From positions 1 through 64,000 of the forward strand of contig CAYFXC010000004.1 of NCBI GenBank assembly GCA_964347045.1: a stretch of 64,000 nucleotides of DNA, written 5' to 3'. The stretch comes from an uncultured archaeon (lineage in GTDB: Archaea; Asgardarchaeota; Hermodarchaeia; Hermodarchaeales; Hermodarchaeaceae). Each line of letters starts with the position of its first letter. Position 1 is the stretch's first letter. The notes under the pieces were generated by a model, which worked only from the letters and a program-made list of their open reading frames with translations, had not been told where the DNA came from and did no database searches. Both the position numbers and the translations under genes were made by a program. Of this stretch, positions 37,382-47,369 are shown piece after piece.

Positions 37382-38404
37382 ATGGAACAGTCGTCAGTAA
37401 CCATGGGTCTTGTCAGCACAGGTGTTTACTTACCCAAGCTGCGACACACAGCTGAATTCATCTCAGCACAAACTGGGATTCCCAAAGAAATCCTGAAAAC
37501 AAAATTTGGACTCATAAGCAAAACTGTCGGCGGCCCAGAGGACGGCCCTATCAAAATGGGCATCCGTGCATCAAACATCGCCTTGAAAAAAGCAAAAGCT
37601 GTAACGGTAGAAGATATTGATGTAATTTTATGGACCGGAGAAACATTCATTGAACGCCCAATGCAAGTAGCGGGTGTCAAACTTTCCTATGAAATTGGAG
37701 CAACGAACGCCTGGGCTTTGGATTTAAGCGCCCGTTGTGCAACCCTAATGGGGGGTATTCGTCTTGCCAAAGCCCTAATGGCCGCAGAGCCTGACATTCG
37801 CACGATTCTTTTGGCTAGCGGATATCAAAACTGTGATTTGATCAATTACCAAAACGAACGCAGTCGGTTCATGTTTAGTCTAGCAGCAAGTGGAGTAGCA
37901 GCGGTTTTGCAGCGGGATTATACCCACAACCAAGTTTTAGAAACAGCAATCATTACTGATGGAGCGTTTGCTGACGATGTATACTGTCCAGCGGGAGGAA
38001 CAGAAATGCCCATCAGTTGTGAAGCCATAGAGCAAGGCCTTCATTACCTCGATGTCCCTGACCCCCCCAGCATGAAAGAACGACTTGATAAGCTCTCGAT
38101 GCAAAACTTCATTCGTGTAATAAAAGAAGCCACGGAACGAAGTGGCTACTCAATAAGCGACATCGATTACCTAGCTTTGCTCCATATGAAACGTTCCGCG
38201 TTTTCCTATGTGCTCAGTGAGCTCGGATTAACAATGGACCAATCGACCTACTTTGAGGAATTAGGACACATGGGACAAAATGATGCTATTGTTTCGATTG
38301 AGGAAGGACTGAAAGCTGGAAAAATCAATGCGGGCGATTTGGTGGTAATGGCTGCCGCTGGAATTGGATATACATGGTCATCAACTTGTATTAAATGGGG
38401 CTAG
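37382..38404 (+). CDS. 3-oxoacyl-ACP synthase III (FabH)-like condensing enzyme, Cys-His-His variant
   Basis: ARCAT (Cys), LLHMK (His), GHMGQND, AAGIGYTW. Confidence 0.85.
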   Translation: MEQSSVTMGLVSTGVYLPKLRHTAEFISAQTGIPKEILKTKFGLISKTVGGPEDGPIKMGIRASNIALKKAKAVTVEDIDVILWTGETFIERPMQVAGVKLSYEIGATNAWALDLSARCATLMGGIRLAKALMAAEPDIRTILLASGYQNCDLINYQNERSRFMFSLAASGVAAVLQRDYTHNQVLETAIITDGAFADDVYCPAGGTEMPISCEAIEQGLHYLDVPDPPSMKERLDKLSMQNFIRVIKEATERSGYSISDIDYLALLHMKRSAFSYVLSELGLTMDQSTYFEELGHMGQNDAIVSIEEGLKAGKINAGDLVVMAAAGIGYTWSSTCIKWG

Positions 38405-38517
38405 CAGTCCTACCAGTTTTTTTACCAAAGACAACCGAATTTACACTTAAAAAAAATCGATTAGTAATAAAGTCACTTCCTGAAGCAAAGCCATATGTAT
38501 GTGAGGGCGTGGAGGCG

Positions 38518-39111
38518 TTAGGCAAAGTCTATGTAGTTTTCGAGGTTTCGAATCGTGCGACGGAGCCGATAGAACCCACCACCCAACACCAAGCTTCCTA
38601 GAATCAATAGACCAACGATGAAGAAAATCGGATAGAAGTATGTCACGAGAACTTCAAAGTGCTGTTTGGTTATGATGCGCACAAAAAAGGTGACATCGGA
38701 AGTGACTCGGCTGATTGTGAGCGTGGTGTTGATGTTTCCATACATGAGTCTGTCATTCTCGTAGAGGATCTGACTCCAATATTGATGTGCTGTGAGGTTC
38801 AAGGAAAAGAGGAGGGTGTTATTCCAATGTAAGCTGAAGGCAATGGGTGTGTCATTCGTCCAGAGTTGAGTCAGTTCTATTTGGTTGAACCGGCCGTCGA
38901 GGGTCAATTGGACCGAAGAGTTGGTTGTCGTCAGAACACCATGTTCGTAAGTATCACTAATTACAACGTTATAGATAACTGGGCTGGGATAAAGCCATCG
39001 CCACATCAGGATATTTATCCCGCCCATACAGAGCAGGGTAGTGCCAATGAGGATTAGGAGTCCACCGGTCATAATTTGCGAGGAGGCAGATTTGGTTGGT
39101 TTCTTTGCCAT
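38518..39111 (-). CDS. Hypothetical membrane protein (TM - extracellular beta domain - TM)
   Basis: Terminal hydrophobic helices, sequons; GGTGA RBS. Confidence 0.65.
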   Translation of the reverse strand: MAKKPTKSASSQIMTGGLLILIGTTLLCMGGINILMWRWLYPSPVIYNVVISDTYEHGVLTTTNSSVQLTLDGRFNQIELTQLWTNDTPIAFSLHWNNTLLFSLNLTAHQYWSQILYENDRLMYGNINTTLTISRVTSDVTFFVRIITKQHFEVLVTYFYPIFFIVGLLILGSLVLGGGFYRLRRTIRNLENYIDFA

Positions 39112-39231
39112 TTCACCATCCCTCTGGGAATAGATTTGAGCAGAAATATTTAGTTGTATGGATACCTATCTTTCACATTACATAGAATGATATGTCTTGT
39201 TTACATTCAGATGATACAACGAACGATGAAC

Positions 39232-39249
39232 TCTCTAACTGGTTAGAGA
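39232..39249. promoter_or_regulatory. 18 bp near-perfect palindrome, possible operator
   Basis: tctctaac-tg-gttagaga in the intergenic region upstream of 38518..39111. Confidence 0.3.
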
Positions 39250-39508
39250 ATCTTACCTTTTTTCAATGACTTCTCTTTCATGTAGGTGCAACCTCCGTTA
39301 TCCTAAGATGTCGTTATTAACAGCTAAGCTGATGTTCCGACCACTCCAAAATCTCTTAAGCTAAGAATTTATGAGCGGTAGCATTGTGTTTGATGGCAAG
39401 CCTTTGAAATCAGTAATAAAGTTGCAGTCTTGGATATTGTCTTTGCTCATCAAGCAAAACCGCCTAGTTGAGAGAAAGGGTTCGAGATTCTTCTCTTATG
39501 TTACTTAA

Positions 39509-41434
39509 TTATGGCGGTTTAATAACAAGTGAATGATAACCCTCTTTCTTTACTTTAAAGCCAAGGAGTTGGTCATCACCTATATCCACCCGGTCCCAGT
39601 CAGAAAGAACAACCTGAAAGCCATCTGGATAGTGAATAGATGGCACATAAATAATTGATGGGGCTTCGATTCTTGAATCTGCATCAAATTCAAAATGAAA
39701 TATTTTCTGTTTAGCTGAAAAGGACATCTTCAGTGGTGTTCCTGCAACGACCATAAGGTGGGGACGGCAGAAGCCGGTAATCGCGCGACCTCCACTGTTA
39801 ATGTCTGATGGATTGGTTTGTTGCGTGATACTGAAGATAGAGAAATCTTCTTGGTTCCATTGATCTCCCCATTCATTATCATTGTCTGGGGTATAGTTCC
39901 AAAGCATGGAGTGGAGGAGATTCTTATCCATGGCGTTGTAATACATTGTAAGAGCTTTGATGTGTTGTCGCCAAGCCTTTGTTGGCTTGGTTTTCCATAG
40001 ATGGAATGCCTGTCTGTTGTTTACGTCAAAGCATAAACCAAATTCACCAATTATTGTTGGAATGCCATCATGAACCTCTTGAGAAAGGAACTTAATTTTT
40101 GCAAGCTGTCGGTTGAACATTTTTTGCACGTTCTTAGTCCCAAGCACGAGTTTGTTTCGGGAGGTATCATAACTTAGCCATCCACGAAATCGTTTCAAAC
40201 CTACTGTAATTTCATCGTACCAATGTGATGAGTTCACGCAATTTACAGGTGGATCACTTAGAAACGCTTCGCCACGCATTCCTGTTTCCGGAGGCGGTTC
40301 AATTCCAATAATAATCTCTGGGCATACTGTACGAATCCTAGAAGCAAATTTGTGAACGAAAGGTGACAGATAATGTTCCAAGAAATCTACTGGTTTTCCT
40401 TCTCGAATTAGAAAATAATCGTTGCAAAGAATCACAGGCTCTCCCGTGGAATCAATATCCCAAACACCGTGTTTTCGCCAGAGATCCTCATATCCATCGA
40501 GCCAGCAACTAATTCCCTTTGGATTCAGAATGTCGTGTCGAACCTTTCTAACTGCAAAGCGTTTAATGAGACTGTAAGGAATTTTGCGTGGAAATCCAGC
40601 TGCAAGAACCATTGCATCAAAGGGATTGATACCGTAGAATAGTTCACGAGAAATGAGTTTCGATGCACCATCCACGCGTTGTCCAATCCAACCGGGGCTA
40701 GGTTCATTCATAGTTTCGAAACCAATCACATAGGGGTTATCAGAAACACGATTAGCAACTTGCTTAATGGCATTAAGATAATGTTCCTGCAGATAATCTT
40801 GAACCGGGGAATTTTCAACTCTAAATGAGGGCGCAAAGTCATTTCCTCCAAAAAAGAGGGTAAACATAGTACAGGAGGCAAATCGACCATAATTCTGGAG
40901 CCAAGCCATCGGGGGATAAGCATCAGGATTTTCCGAATCATAACGATATTGCATTACGAATGCAGCGGCTGACGCATCGAATTTTGTAACATCGAGACCC
41001 ACTTTTTCAAAAGTCCAAATTGGAGCTCCATCACCACCTGATGCGCGACTCCAGAGATCTTGGTGGGGATCGATGAATATGTATAGGTTGTGTTCAGCCG
41101 CCACCTTGAGGATTTCTTCAATATAATCTAGATATTCTTTGTCGTATTGTTTGGGACCATCATGCTCGATAGCTTCCCAGGTTATAATAAATCGTAATGC
41201 ATTGAAGCCCCAGTGACGAATTCGTTGAAAATGGGCATTCGCGTCTTGAAGAGGAAAAGGACGTCCGACAAATGAGACATTATAATCAGTATAATCTGTT
41301 TTGATATGAGTCGCACCATTCGGTGTCTTGGGTACCTTGGAGCTCCCTCCGATATTCACTCCCCGTAACAAAACTTTCCGACCTGCATCATCAATAAACC
41401 ATTCATTATCAATGGAAAGCAAGAGGATTACCAC
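39509..41434 (-). CDS. GH5 glycoside hydrolase, endoglycoceramidase / steryl-glucosidase (EGCrP)-like, cytoplasmic
   Basis: LRGVN.GGSSK.P, TWEAIEH.GP..YD, DPHQDLWSR.SGGDGAP, NEP, IGEFG, WNYTPDN…GD.WN.EDFS; no signal peptide. Confidence 0.85.
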   Translation of the reverse strand: MVILLLSIDNEWFIDDAGRKVLLRGVNIGGSSKVPKTPNGATHIKTDYTDYNVSFVGRPFPLQDANAHFQRIRHWGFNALRFIITWEAIEHDGPKQYDKEYLDYIEEILKVAAEHNLYIFIDPHQDLWSRASGGDGAPIWTFEKVGLDVTKFDASAAAFVMQYRYDSENPDAYPPMAWLQNYGRFASCTMFTLFFGGNDFAPSFRVENSPVQDYLQEHYLNAIKQVANRVSDNPYVIGFETMNEPSPGWIGQRVDGASKLISRELFYGINPFDAMVLAAGFPRKIPYSLIKRFAVRKVRHDILNPKGISCWLDGYEDLWRKHGVWDIDSTGEPVILCNDYFLIREGKPVDFLEHYLSPFVHKFASRIRTVCPEIIIGIEPPPETGMRGEAFLSDPPVNCVNSSHWYDEITVGLKRFRGWLSYDTSRNKLVLGTKNVQKMFNRQLAKIKFLSQEVHDGIPTIIGEFGLCFDVNNRQAFHLWKTKPTKAWRQHIKALTMYYNAMDKNLLHSMLWNYTPDNDNEWGDQWNQEDFSIFSITQQTNPSDINSGGRAITGFCRPHLMVVAGTPLKMSFSAKQKIFHFEFDADSRIEAPSIIYVPSIHYPDGFQVVLSDWDRVDIGDDQLLGFKVKKEGYHSLVIKPP

Positions 41435-41549
41435 AATAATCAGTCAGTTGTTTAGTCCATCGAGCCTTACCTTGTTTATAGGGAAGGAAAAGTCTATTTT
41501 TTGTATAACTTAGTGGATTGAATACCTAACATTTGCAGAGGTTTAGGTA

Positions 41550-42029
41550 ATGACAGAGTGGATTAGACAGGCTTTCGCAGATGCTCTTTATGGTAAACAT
41601 GCGCATTATGATGTCCTCAAAGCGTTACGAGGAATCACAGCCGAAGAAGCGAAAAAACAATCTGTTAAGAATGAGCATTCAATTTGGGACCACCTGTATC
41701 ATATCGTGTTTTGGCATGATATCACGCTAAAAGCCATTCATGGTGAAGAGTTTGATTGGAAGGCCCTTCACGATAAAGACTGGTTACAAAAAGATGCAAA
41801 GCTCACAGAAAAAGCTTGGAAGGACCTCATTGAAAGTTTCTCAAAACACCTCAATACCCTCAAGGAAATCAGTGAAACTGAAGGCTTGGCACGACCCCTC
41901 AAGGGATTTGGAAACACGCCCCTAGGAAGAGCTATCATTATCGAGTTTCAGCATAATGGATATCATATCGGACAAATCGTCAACCTGCGCAAAATTCAAG
42001 GCCTTTGGCCACCACCAGAGGACGAATAA
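41550..42029 (+). CDS. DinB family protein
   Basis: HSIWDHLYHI, HNGYHIGQI. Confidence 0.9.
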   Translation: MTEWIRQAFADALYGKHAHYDVLKALRGITAEEAKKQSVKNEHSIWDHLYHIVFWHDITLKAIHGEEFDWKALHDKDWLQKDAKLTEKAWKDLIESFSKHLNTLKEISETEGLARPLKGFGNTPLGRAIIIEFQHNGYHIGQIVNLRKIQGLWPPPEDE

Positions 42030-42045
42030 AAAGGATCTCGTCGCA

Positions 42046-43623
42046 CTAGGAGAACTCTCGGGCTTGTTTTTCTAAGATTCGTTTCGCAATCTTGCCTGCA
42101 CTGGTTTTGGGTAGCTCAGCTACAAAGACAAGACGTTTGGGTACTTTGTACCGGGCTAGTTTCGATTGCATGAACTCCACTAGGTCGTTTTCCGAAATTT
42201 TAGTATCCTGTTTCAAAACGATGAAAGCACATCCCACTTCACCCCATTTCTCATCGGGAATTCCTACAACTGCTGCTTGATCAACAGCGGGGTGTTCATC
42301 AAGTACACGTTCAATTTCGATGGGAAAGACGTTTTCTCCGCCTGAGATGAATAGTTCTTTCTTCCGACCTGCAATGTAGTAGAATCCATCTGAATCTTGG
42401 CGAGCTAGATCACCAGTGTGAATCCAGCCATCTGGTTCGATAACATCTTGAGTGGCTTGAGGGTTATTCCAGTATCCGCTGAAGGCATGAGGACCTCGAA
42501 GAAGGAGTTCACCCACTTCACCTTGCAACACGTCTTGAAGTTCATCATTGACAATTCGGACGCCATTATGAAAAAAAGGGAGACCCACGGCAGTCGGTTT
42601 CGTTTTTGAGGCACCATGAGGCATGTAGAAATTATTGGGTCCGACTTCTGTTAGTCCGTAGCCCATGGCAAATTCTTGGTGACGATTCCAAAAGGGCTCC
42701 ATAATTGAGACTGGGCAGGGGGCTCCCCCACTTAGCCAGAACCGAACTGAGCTGAAATCAGTCTTGGTGAAGGCTGGTGTGTTAATCATCATGTGGTACA
42801 TTGTAGGGACGCCGATGATTATGGTGCAGTGTTCTTCCTCGATGCGTCGAAGAGTATCAACCGCGTCAAATTGCCTCCAGAGAATTACTCGAGCCCCAAC
42901 ATGGAACAGTGGAATGAGGAGCACATTCCAACCCCCTGTGTGATACAGTGGAAAAATAATGGGACACACATCTGCTGGACCGAGCCCCCAGCAGACTATA
43001 GTGTTTACTGAATTCCAGAATATATGTCGGTGAGAGAGGACCGCCCCTTTCGGTGAACCGGTCGTTCCCCCTGTAGGAAGAATGAAGAAAGGGTCTTCAA
43101 AACCGAGCGAAGGGCGGGGTGGGGGTGTGGTGGGTTGATTGTTAAGCAGTTGTTTGTAAGATTGGAAGTTTTTGAGAGACGTTTTGTCTACGGCTAGGAA
43201 GTGCTTGAGACTCGGTACGTTTGGACGGAATTCGTCGATTGTATTATCGAAGGCGCCTTCGTAGATGAGTACAGCGGGTGTGGTGTTCGTTAGGTATTTT
43301 TGGTGTTCCACCGGGGTTAGTCGGACATTGAGTGGGACAAGGATGGCTCCGAGTTTTCCACAAGCCGAGAAGGCATCAATACACTCGATGCGGTTGTGGA
43401 GAAGGAACGCTACACGGTCGCCTTTCTTGATACTGTATTTAGTGGAGAGGAGATGTGCAAGTCGATTGCCTCTGATATCGAGCTCTGCATAGGAATAACG
43501 GCGTTCAGTGGAGGAATCGAGGAGAGCTTCTTGGTTAGGTGTTAGTGCGGCGCGACGTCCGAACCAGTCACCAATCCATTGCCAGTTCTCGGGGGGATTG
43601 ATGTTCATCATCGTGTTTCGCAC
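42046..43623 (-). CDS. Long-chain fatty-acid/acyl-CoA ligase
   Basis: TGGTTGSPKG, GYGLTE, HTGDL, ISGGENV, LPKTSAGK. Confidence 0.9.
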   Translation of the reverse strand: MRNTMMNINPPENWQWIGDWFGRRAALTPNQEALLDSSTERRYSYAELDIRGNRLAHLLSTKYSIKKGDRVAFLLHNRIECIDAFSACGKLGAILVPLNVRLTPVEHQKYLTNTTPAVLIYEGAFDNTIDEFRPNVPSLKHFLAVDKTSLKNFQSYKQLLNNQPTTPPPRPSLGFEDPFFILPTGGTTGSPKGAVLSHRHIFWNSVNTIVCWGLGPADVCPIIFPLYHTGGWNVLLIPLFHVGARVILWRQFDAVDTLRRIEEEHCTIIIGVPTMYHMMINTPAFTKTDFSSVRFWLSGGAPCPVSIMEPFWNRHQEFAMGYGLTEVGPNNFYMPHGASKTKPTAVGLPFFHNGVRIVNDELQDVLQGEVGELLLRGPHAFSGYWNNPQATQDVIEPDGWIHTGDLARQDSDGFYYIAGRKKELFISGGENVFPIEIERVLDEHPAVDQAAVVGIPDEKWGEVGCAFIVLKQDTKISENDLVEFMQSKLARYKVPKRLVFVAELPKTSAGKIAKRILEKQAREFS

Positions 43624-43647
43624 CGAAGGATTTGTATCCCTTTGGGA

Positions 43648-44427
43648 TTAGGTGGATGCATCGACTTCTCTAAGGAAGTCGAGGACCAGCTTGTTAAATT
43701 CTGCAGGGTTATCGACTGGTGTCATGTGAGAGGCGCCTTTCATGACTACAAATTTTGATTTGGGAATCCAGCTTTTCAGTTGTTCAGCATGCCACATGGG
43801 AACTGTTTCATCCTTTTCTCCTTGAATGATAAGAACAGGACTACGGATTTTTTTCAAATCATTTGCAATGTTAAAGCCAGCAGTCGAAAGAATCGCCAAA
43901 CGATAATCATTGCGATCCACACGTCGAATCATTTCTCGAACATGGATTTTGGCTTCATCAGAAGCTAATCGCAAGATTTTCTTTGTACCCCAGTCTGCAA
44001 ACCAGTTCATGTCATGCTCACTGATAAGGGTCAGTCGGTCGCTAACAGCGTAGTCAGCAATCATGGCGGCAGAATCAGCAAGAACCAGACCCTTCACAAC
44101 TTGAGGATATTTTATCGCAAGCACCTCAGCGACCATACCACCCATTGAGAGACCACAAACATGGGTTTGAGTGATGTTCAAATGTTGCAGAAGCATAAAG
44201 AGGTCATCAGCATGCGAGTGAACCCGGTATTCCTTGCGAGGCTTAGTAGATTTGCCAAATCCCTTTAAGTCGACCATGATGGTCCGATAATGCTTAGCAA
44301 ATGGTTCAACTTGGTATCGCCAGCTGGATAAATCACTTAACAATCCATGAATAAGGAGGAGCGGATAACCTTCACCTCTTTCTTTAAAGTTGAGTATTAT
44401 ATCGTCATATACTTGAACTTCTGGCAT
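43648..44427 (-). CDS. Alpha/beta-fold hydrolase
   Basis: LIHG, DLKGFGKS, GLSMGG, GEKD, ASH. Confidence 0.9.
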   Translation of the reverse strand: MPEVQVYDDIILNFKERGEGYPLLLIHGLLSDLSSWRYQVEPFAKHYRTIMVDLKGFGKSTKPRKEYRVHSHADDLFMLLQHLNITQTHVCGLSMGGMVAEVLAIKYPQVVKGLVLADSAAMIADYAVSDRLTLISEHDMNWFADWGTKKILRLASDEAKIHVREMIRRVDRNDYRLAILSTAGFNIANDLKKIRSPVLIIQGEKDETVPMWHAEQLKSWIPKSKFVVMKGASHMTPVDNPAEFNKLVLDFLREVDAST

Positions 44428-44536
44428 GCAAGAACCTCATTTGTGCCAACAACATTAGAAGGGTCACCAATTCACGCTTAAATATCTTAACTGCATGATA
44501 TAGGATTCGTCATAACGATCAACAGGTGTTGATAAA

Positions 44537-45775
44537 ATGACAGAAGACACACCATTTGAAGATCAGATGTGGCGTCCAGTTATCACAGAGCGTCGTTGGA
44601 ATTGGATTGTTTCAGGTTTAGTTAATTTCATCATTGTATTCATCGTTGCCCTAGTATTCTGGTATATCTTTATGGACTGGCGATTCTCCCTCTTTTACTG
44701 GTCGGGGTGGCTATTCCTAGGATCTGCAATAGCAGGATGGGGAATCCTCATTGTAGTATTTCAAATCTGGTTTGACCATTACCTATCATCCAAGATGAAA
44801 AGTCTAATTACTCAAGGAATTGTGGGAACAATACTCAATATCGTTGGCATCGCAGTAGTTATCGCTGTTTTCTGGTTCATCATCGGTCCGTACATGATTC
44901 CAATGTTTAGTCCCTATGCTCTCATGAATGTTTCTGCAATCGGAGGGAACTGGTATCTCGCACTCTTCCTTTCATCTGCAGCAATTGGTACGATACTCTC
45001 CTGTGGTTTCAGTTTTGCATCCATTTGGGCGGCTGGAGGCATCTATTGGCCATTTACAGAATTAGAGCAACCCAAACGTGGCTTCGCAGTTATGCTTCTA
45101 GCAACTGTCATCACCACCCTAACATGGCTAATCCTCTACTGGCCCTTTCAAATCGCCACAGCGCTTCCTCCTGTTACAACGACAGTTGATTGGACAATTT
45201 GGACCGCTTGGCCGTTCTGGGCATACGACCCCATTGCTGGCGAAGTCAACAATGGTGGCGCCTACCTATCCCTAGCGTTTACTCAGTGGATTATCGTGTT
45301 TGGATTAATGACCCTTATGACTTGGGAATATCAGCCATGGAAAGCCTTGAAGAAACAACCGTGGATTGGTTTGGCGGCATTAATTGGTTGCACTCTCCTT
45401 GGTGGCCTTTTCGCGTTCTTTATAATGCCAACTCTACTCTCCGGAATAATGTTGACAATGGGGTTTGCCGCAATGCACGGATTCTCCGCTTGGATTGCAG
45501 TTTTTATCATACTTCTCATATTCATCTGGACTCAATACTTCGGTAACTGGCCAACTCGATTCAATACCATAGTGAACATTCTAGTCCGGACTGTAATAGT
45601 TGTCGTACTCGGGATTATCAGCCTCTACATATACTTCTTAGTCTCACCGATTCTATTAGGTGATTTCCTCCTAACGGGAATATATAATCCAGTTAATTGG
45701 GTACTTTGGCTGCTCTGGGCTATGTTGATTCATGTATACATCTGGAAACGCGCACCAGGCTGGAAGAGCGTTTAG
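44537..45775 (+). CDS. Trp-rich polytopic membrane protein, putative transporter
   Basis: About 12 TM; repeated Y/W-x-P…QP..G motifs. Confidence 0.65.
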   Translation: MTEDTPFEDQMWRPVITERRWNWIVSGLVNFIIVFIVALVFWYIFMDWRFSLFYWSGWLFLGSAIAGWGILIVVFQIWFDHYLSSKMKSLITQGIVGTILNIVGIAVVIAVFWFIIGPYMIPMFSPYALMNVSAIGGNWYLALFLSSAAIGTILSCGFSFASIWAAGGIYWPFTELEQPKRGFAVMLLATVITTLTWLILYWPFQIATALPPVTTTVDWTIWTAWPFWAYDPIAGEVNNGGAYLSLAFTQWIIVFGLMTLMTWEYQPWKALKKQPWIGLAALIGCTLLGGLFAFFIMPTLLSGIMLTMGFAAMHGFSAWIAVFIILLIFIWTQYFGNWPTRFNTIVNILVRTVIVVVLGIISLYIYFLVSPILLGDFLLTGIYNPVNWVLWLLWAMLIHVYIWKRAPGWKSV

Positions 45776-45846
45776 TAAATCAGGTGAGCAAAACTACAAG
45801 GAATTTTAAAACGTTCTTCCTCTTCCCCTTTTTTTAGAACATGCGT

Positions 45847-46452
45847 CTAGAAAAGACCTAGAATATTTCCTAGACTGATGATTGCAAGAGCAATGAATAA
45901 AATTCCTAAGAGATCGCCTACAGTTGTTGTCAACGGAGGAATAACACTATCTGGATCTCGTCCAAACCTGTATACGATTCGAGCAGAGAAGAGTCCGATT
46001 ATACTGGTGCAGGCCGTAGCTAGCACTCCGGCCCCAATAATGGCAAGAAATAGCCATGGGAAACCCCAAGCAGGAAATATCGGTCCAATTATGGAAGCTA
46101 ACCATATAGCGATGCCGATGACACATATGCCCAAGAAAGCATAGGCTGTAGTGGAAATCAGAAGAATTGCCAAAAAATTAGTAATGAGTAAGCGATAGGG
46201 TCGAAAACTAGCATCGAGTTCACCTGTGTACAAGTGGCTCGTTGCTCGGGCACCAACCACGCCAGCAAGGTCACCTGTAACATCGATGAACGCGGGGATC
46301 ATGAGTAGAATTAGGGGGAAGATAATTTTGAGACCCTCAAGAGTGTAATCGAGAAATTGTCCAGCAATTAGGGCGAAGACTATGACGAGGCCGAGAACGG
46401 GGAGACTCTCAACGAGGATTTTCCGCACATTATTTTTTGTCAAATTTTTCAC
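45847..46452 (-). CDS. MgtE/SLC41-family membrane domain (no CBS domains)
   Basis: IPAFIDVTGD…GAR, GRDPDSVIPPLTTTVGD. Confidence 0.85.
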   Translation of the reverse strand: MKNLTKNNVRKILVESLPVLGLVIVFALIAGQFLDYTLEGLKIIFPLILLMIPAFIDVTGDLAGVVGARATSHLYTGELDASFRPYRLLITNFLAILLISTTAYAFLGICVIGIAIWLASIIGPIFPAWGFPWLFLAIIGAGVLATACTSIIGLFSARIVYRFGRDPDSVIPPLTTTVGDLLGILFIALAIISLGNILGLF

Positions 46453-46456
46453 CTTT

Positions 46457-47095
46457 TCATGTTACTACAGGGAGTGGGGGGATGAGTGTAATAGCTAGCA
46501 AAATAGCGATGAGCAGGCAGCCGATGGTGATAATGTCACCAATTGCAGCTACTATAGGAATAGTTACGTTGTCAGGATCAAGACCACGAGCGTGAGCAAG
46601 CAGAGCCACTGTAACCGTAATGGTTACTTGAAAAACACTAGCAAGCAATGCAGTTACCATGGCAATAATGATAAAATGTGGTAAAATCAATATCAATCCA
46701 CCTCGGGGAACCACCAATTGAGTAGCAATTGAAACAGTCCATGCCCCGATCGCTAGTAGAAAGGACATGATAAAGACTAGATAGAATGCTACCTTGATAT
46801 TAGCACGGAGGGGTTCGTTAAGACCTTGTTTCCAAGAAATTGTGCCTAGATGTGTACCTGATCCCAAACGTTGTGCAAGGCTGGTGGATATATTACCGCG
46901 CAGTTGCATGAGACCAGGAATTAGGATAAAAAGCCCGATGAGACTAGCGAATGTGATATCGAGGCTAAGAAGAAGAGTGCCTGCAAACAGCTCCGCTAAG
47001 ACTGTGAAGAGTACGACGGGCATCGCTTCGCGGTACACCCGCCAAATCAATGTACGCCCATATGAGCGGCCGTTGGCCATCCCCATCGTCATCAC
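46457..47095 (-). CDS. MgtE/SLC41-family membrane domain (no CBS domains)
   Basis: PGLMQLRGNISTSLAQRL, GLDPDNVTIPIVAAIGD. Confidence 0.9.
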   Translation of the reverse strand: MMTMGMANGRSYGRTLIWRVYREAMPVVLFTVLAELFAGTLLLSLDITFASLIGLFILIPGLMQLRGNISTSLAQRLGSGTHLGTISWKQGLNEPLRANIKVAFYLVFIMSFLLAIGAWTVSIATQLVVPRGGLILILPHFIIIAMVTALLASVFQVTITVTVALLAHARGLDPDNVTIPIVAAIGDIITIGCLLIAILLAITLIPPLPVVT

Positions 47096-47369
47096 CTTGC
47101 AAGTTGGCAGAGGTCAGCGCGGTTCGGCGTTGGCCTAGTCGAATGTAATCAGTCATTGGTTAGTCACCCTTTTGGAGCTTTGTATTACGCGCCTGTATTT
47201 TAGGCACGCTTATCGGCATAGCTGGAAATAATCAATAAATATGTTTCGTCCATTTAAATAATAAAACTCTGAAAACATGGAGCACTTATATGTTCTAAAC
47301 CCTTGAACAGCATCTTCGAGAGTGTTCTATTCCTTAGATTAATGGATAACGGAGATACCATCTACTTTT

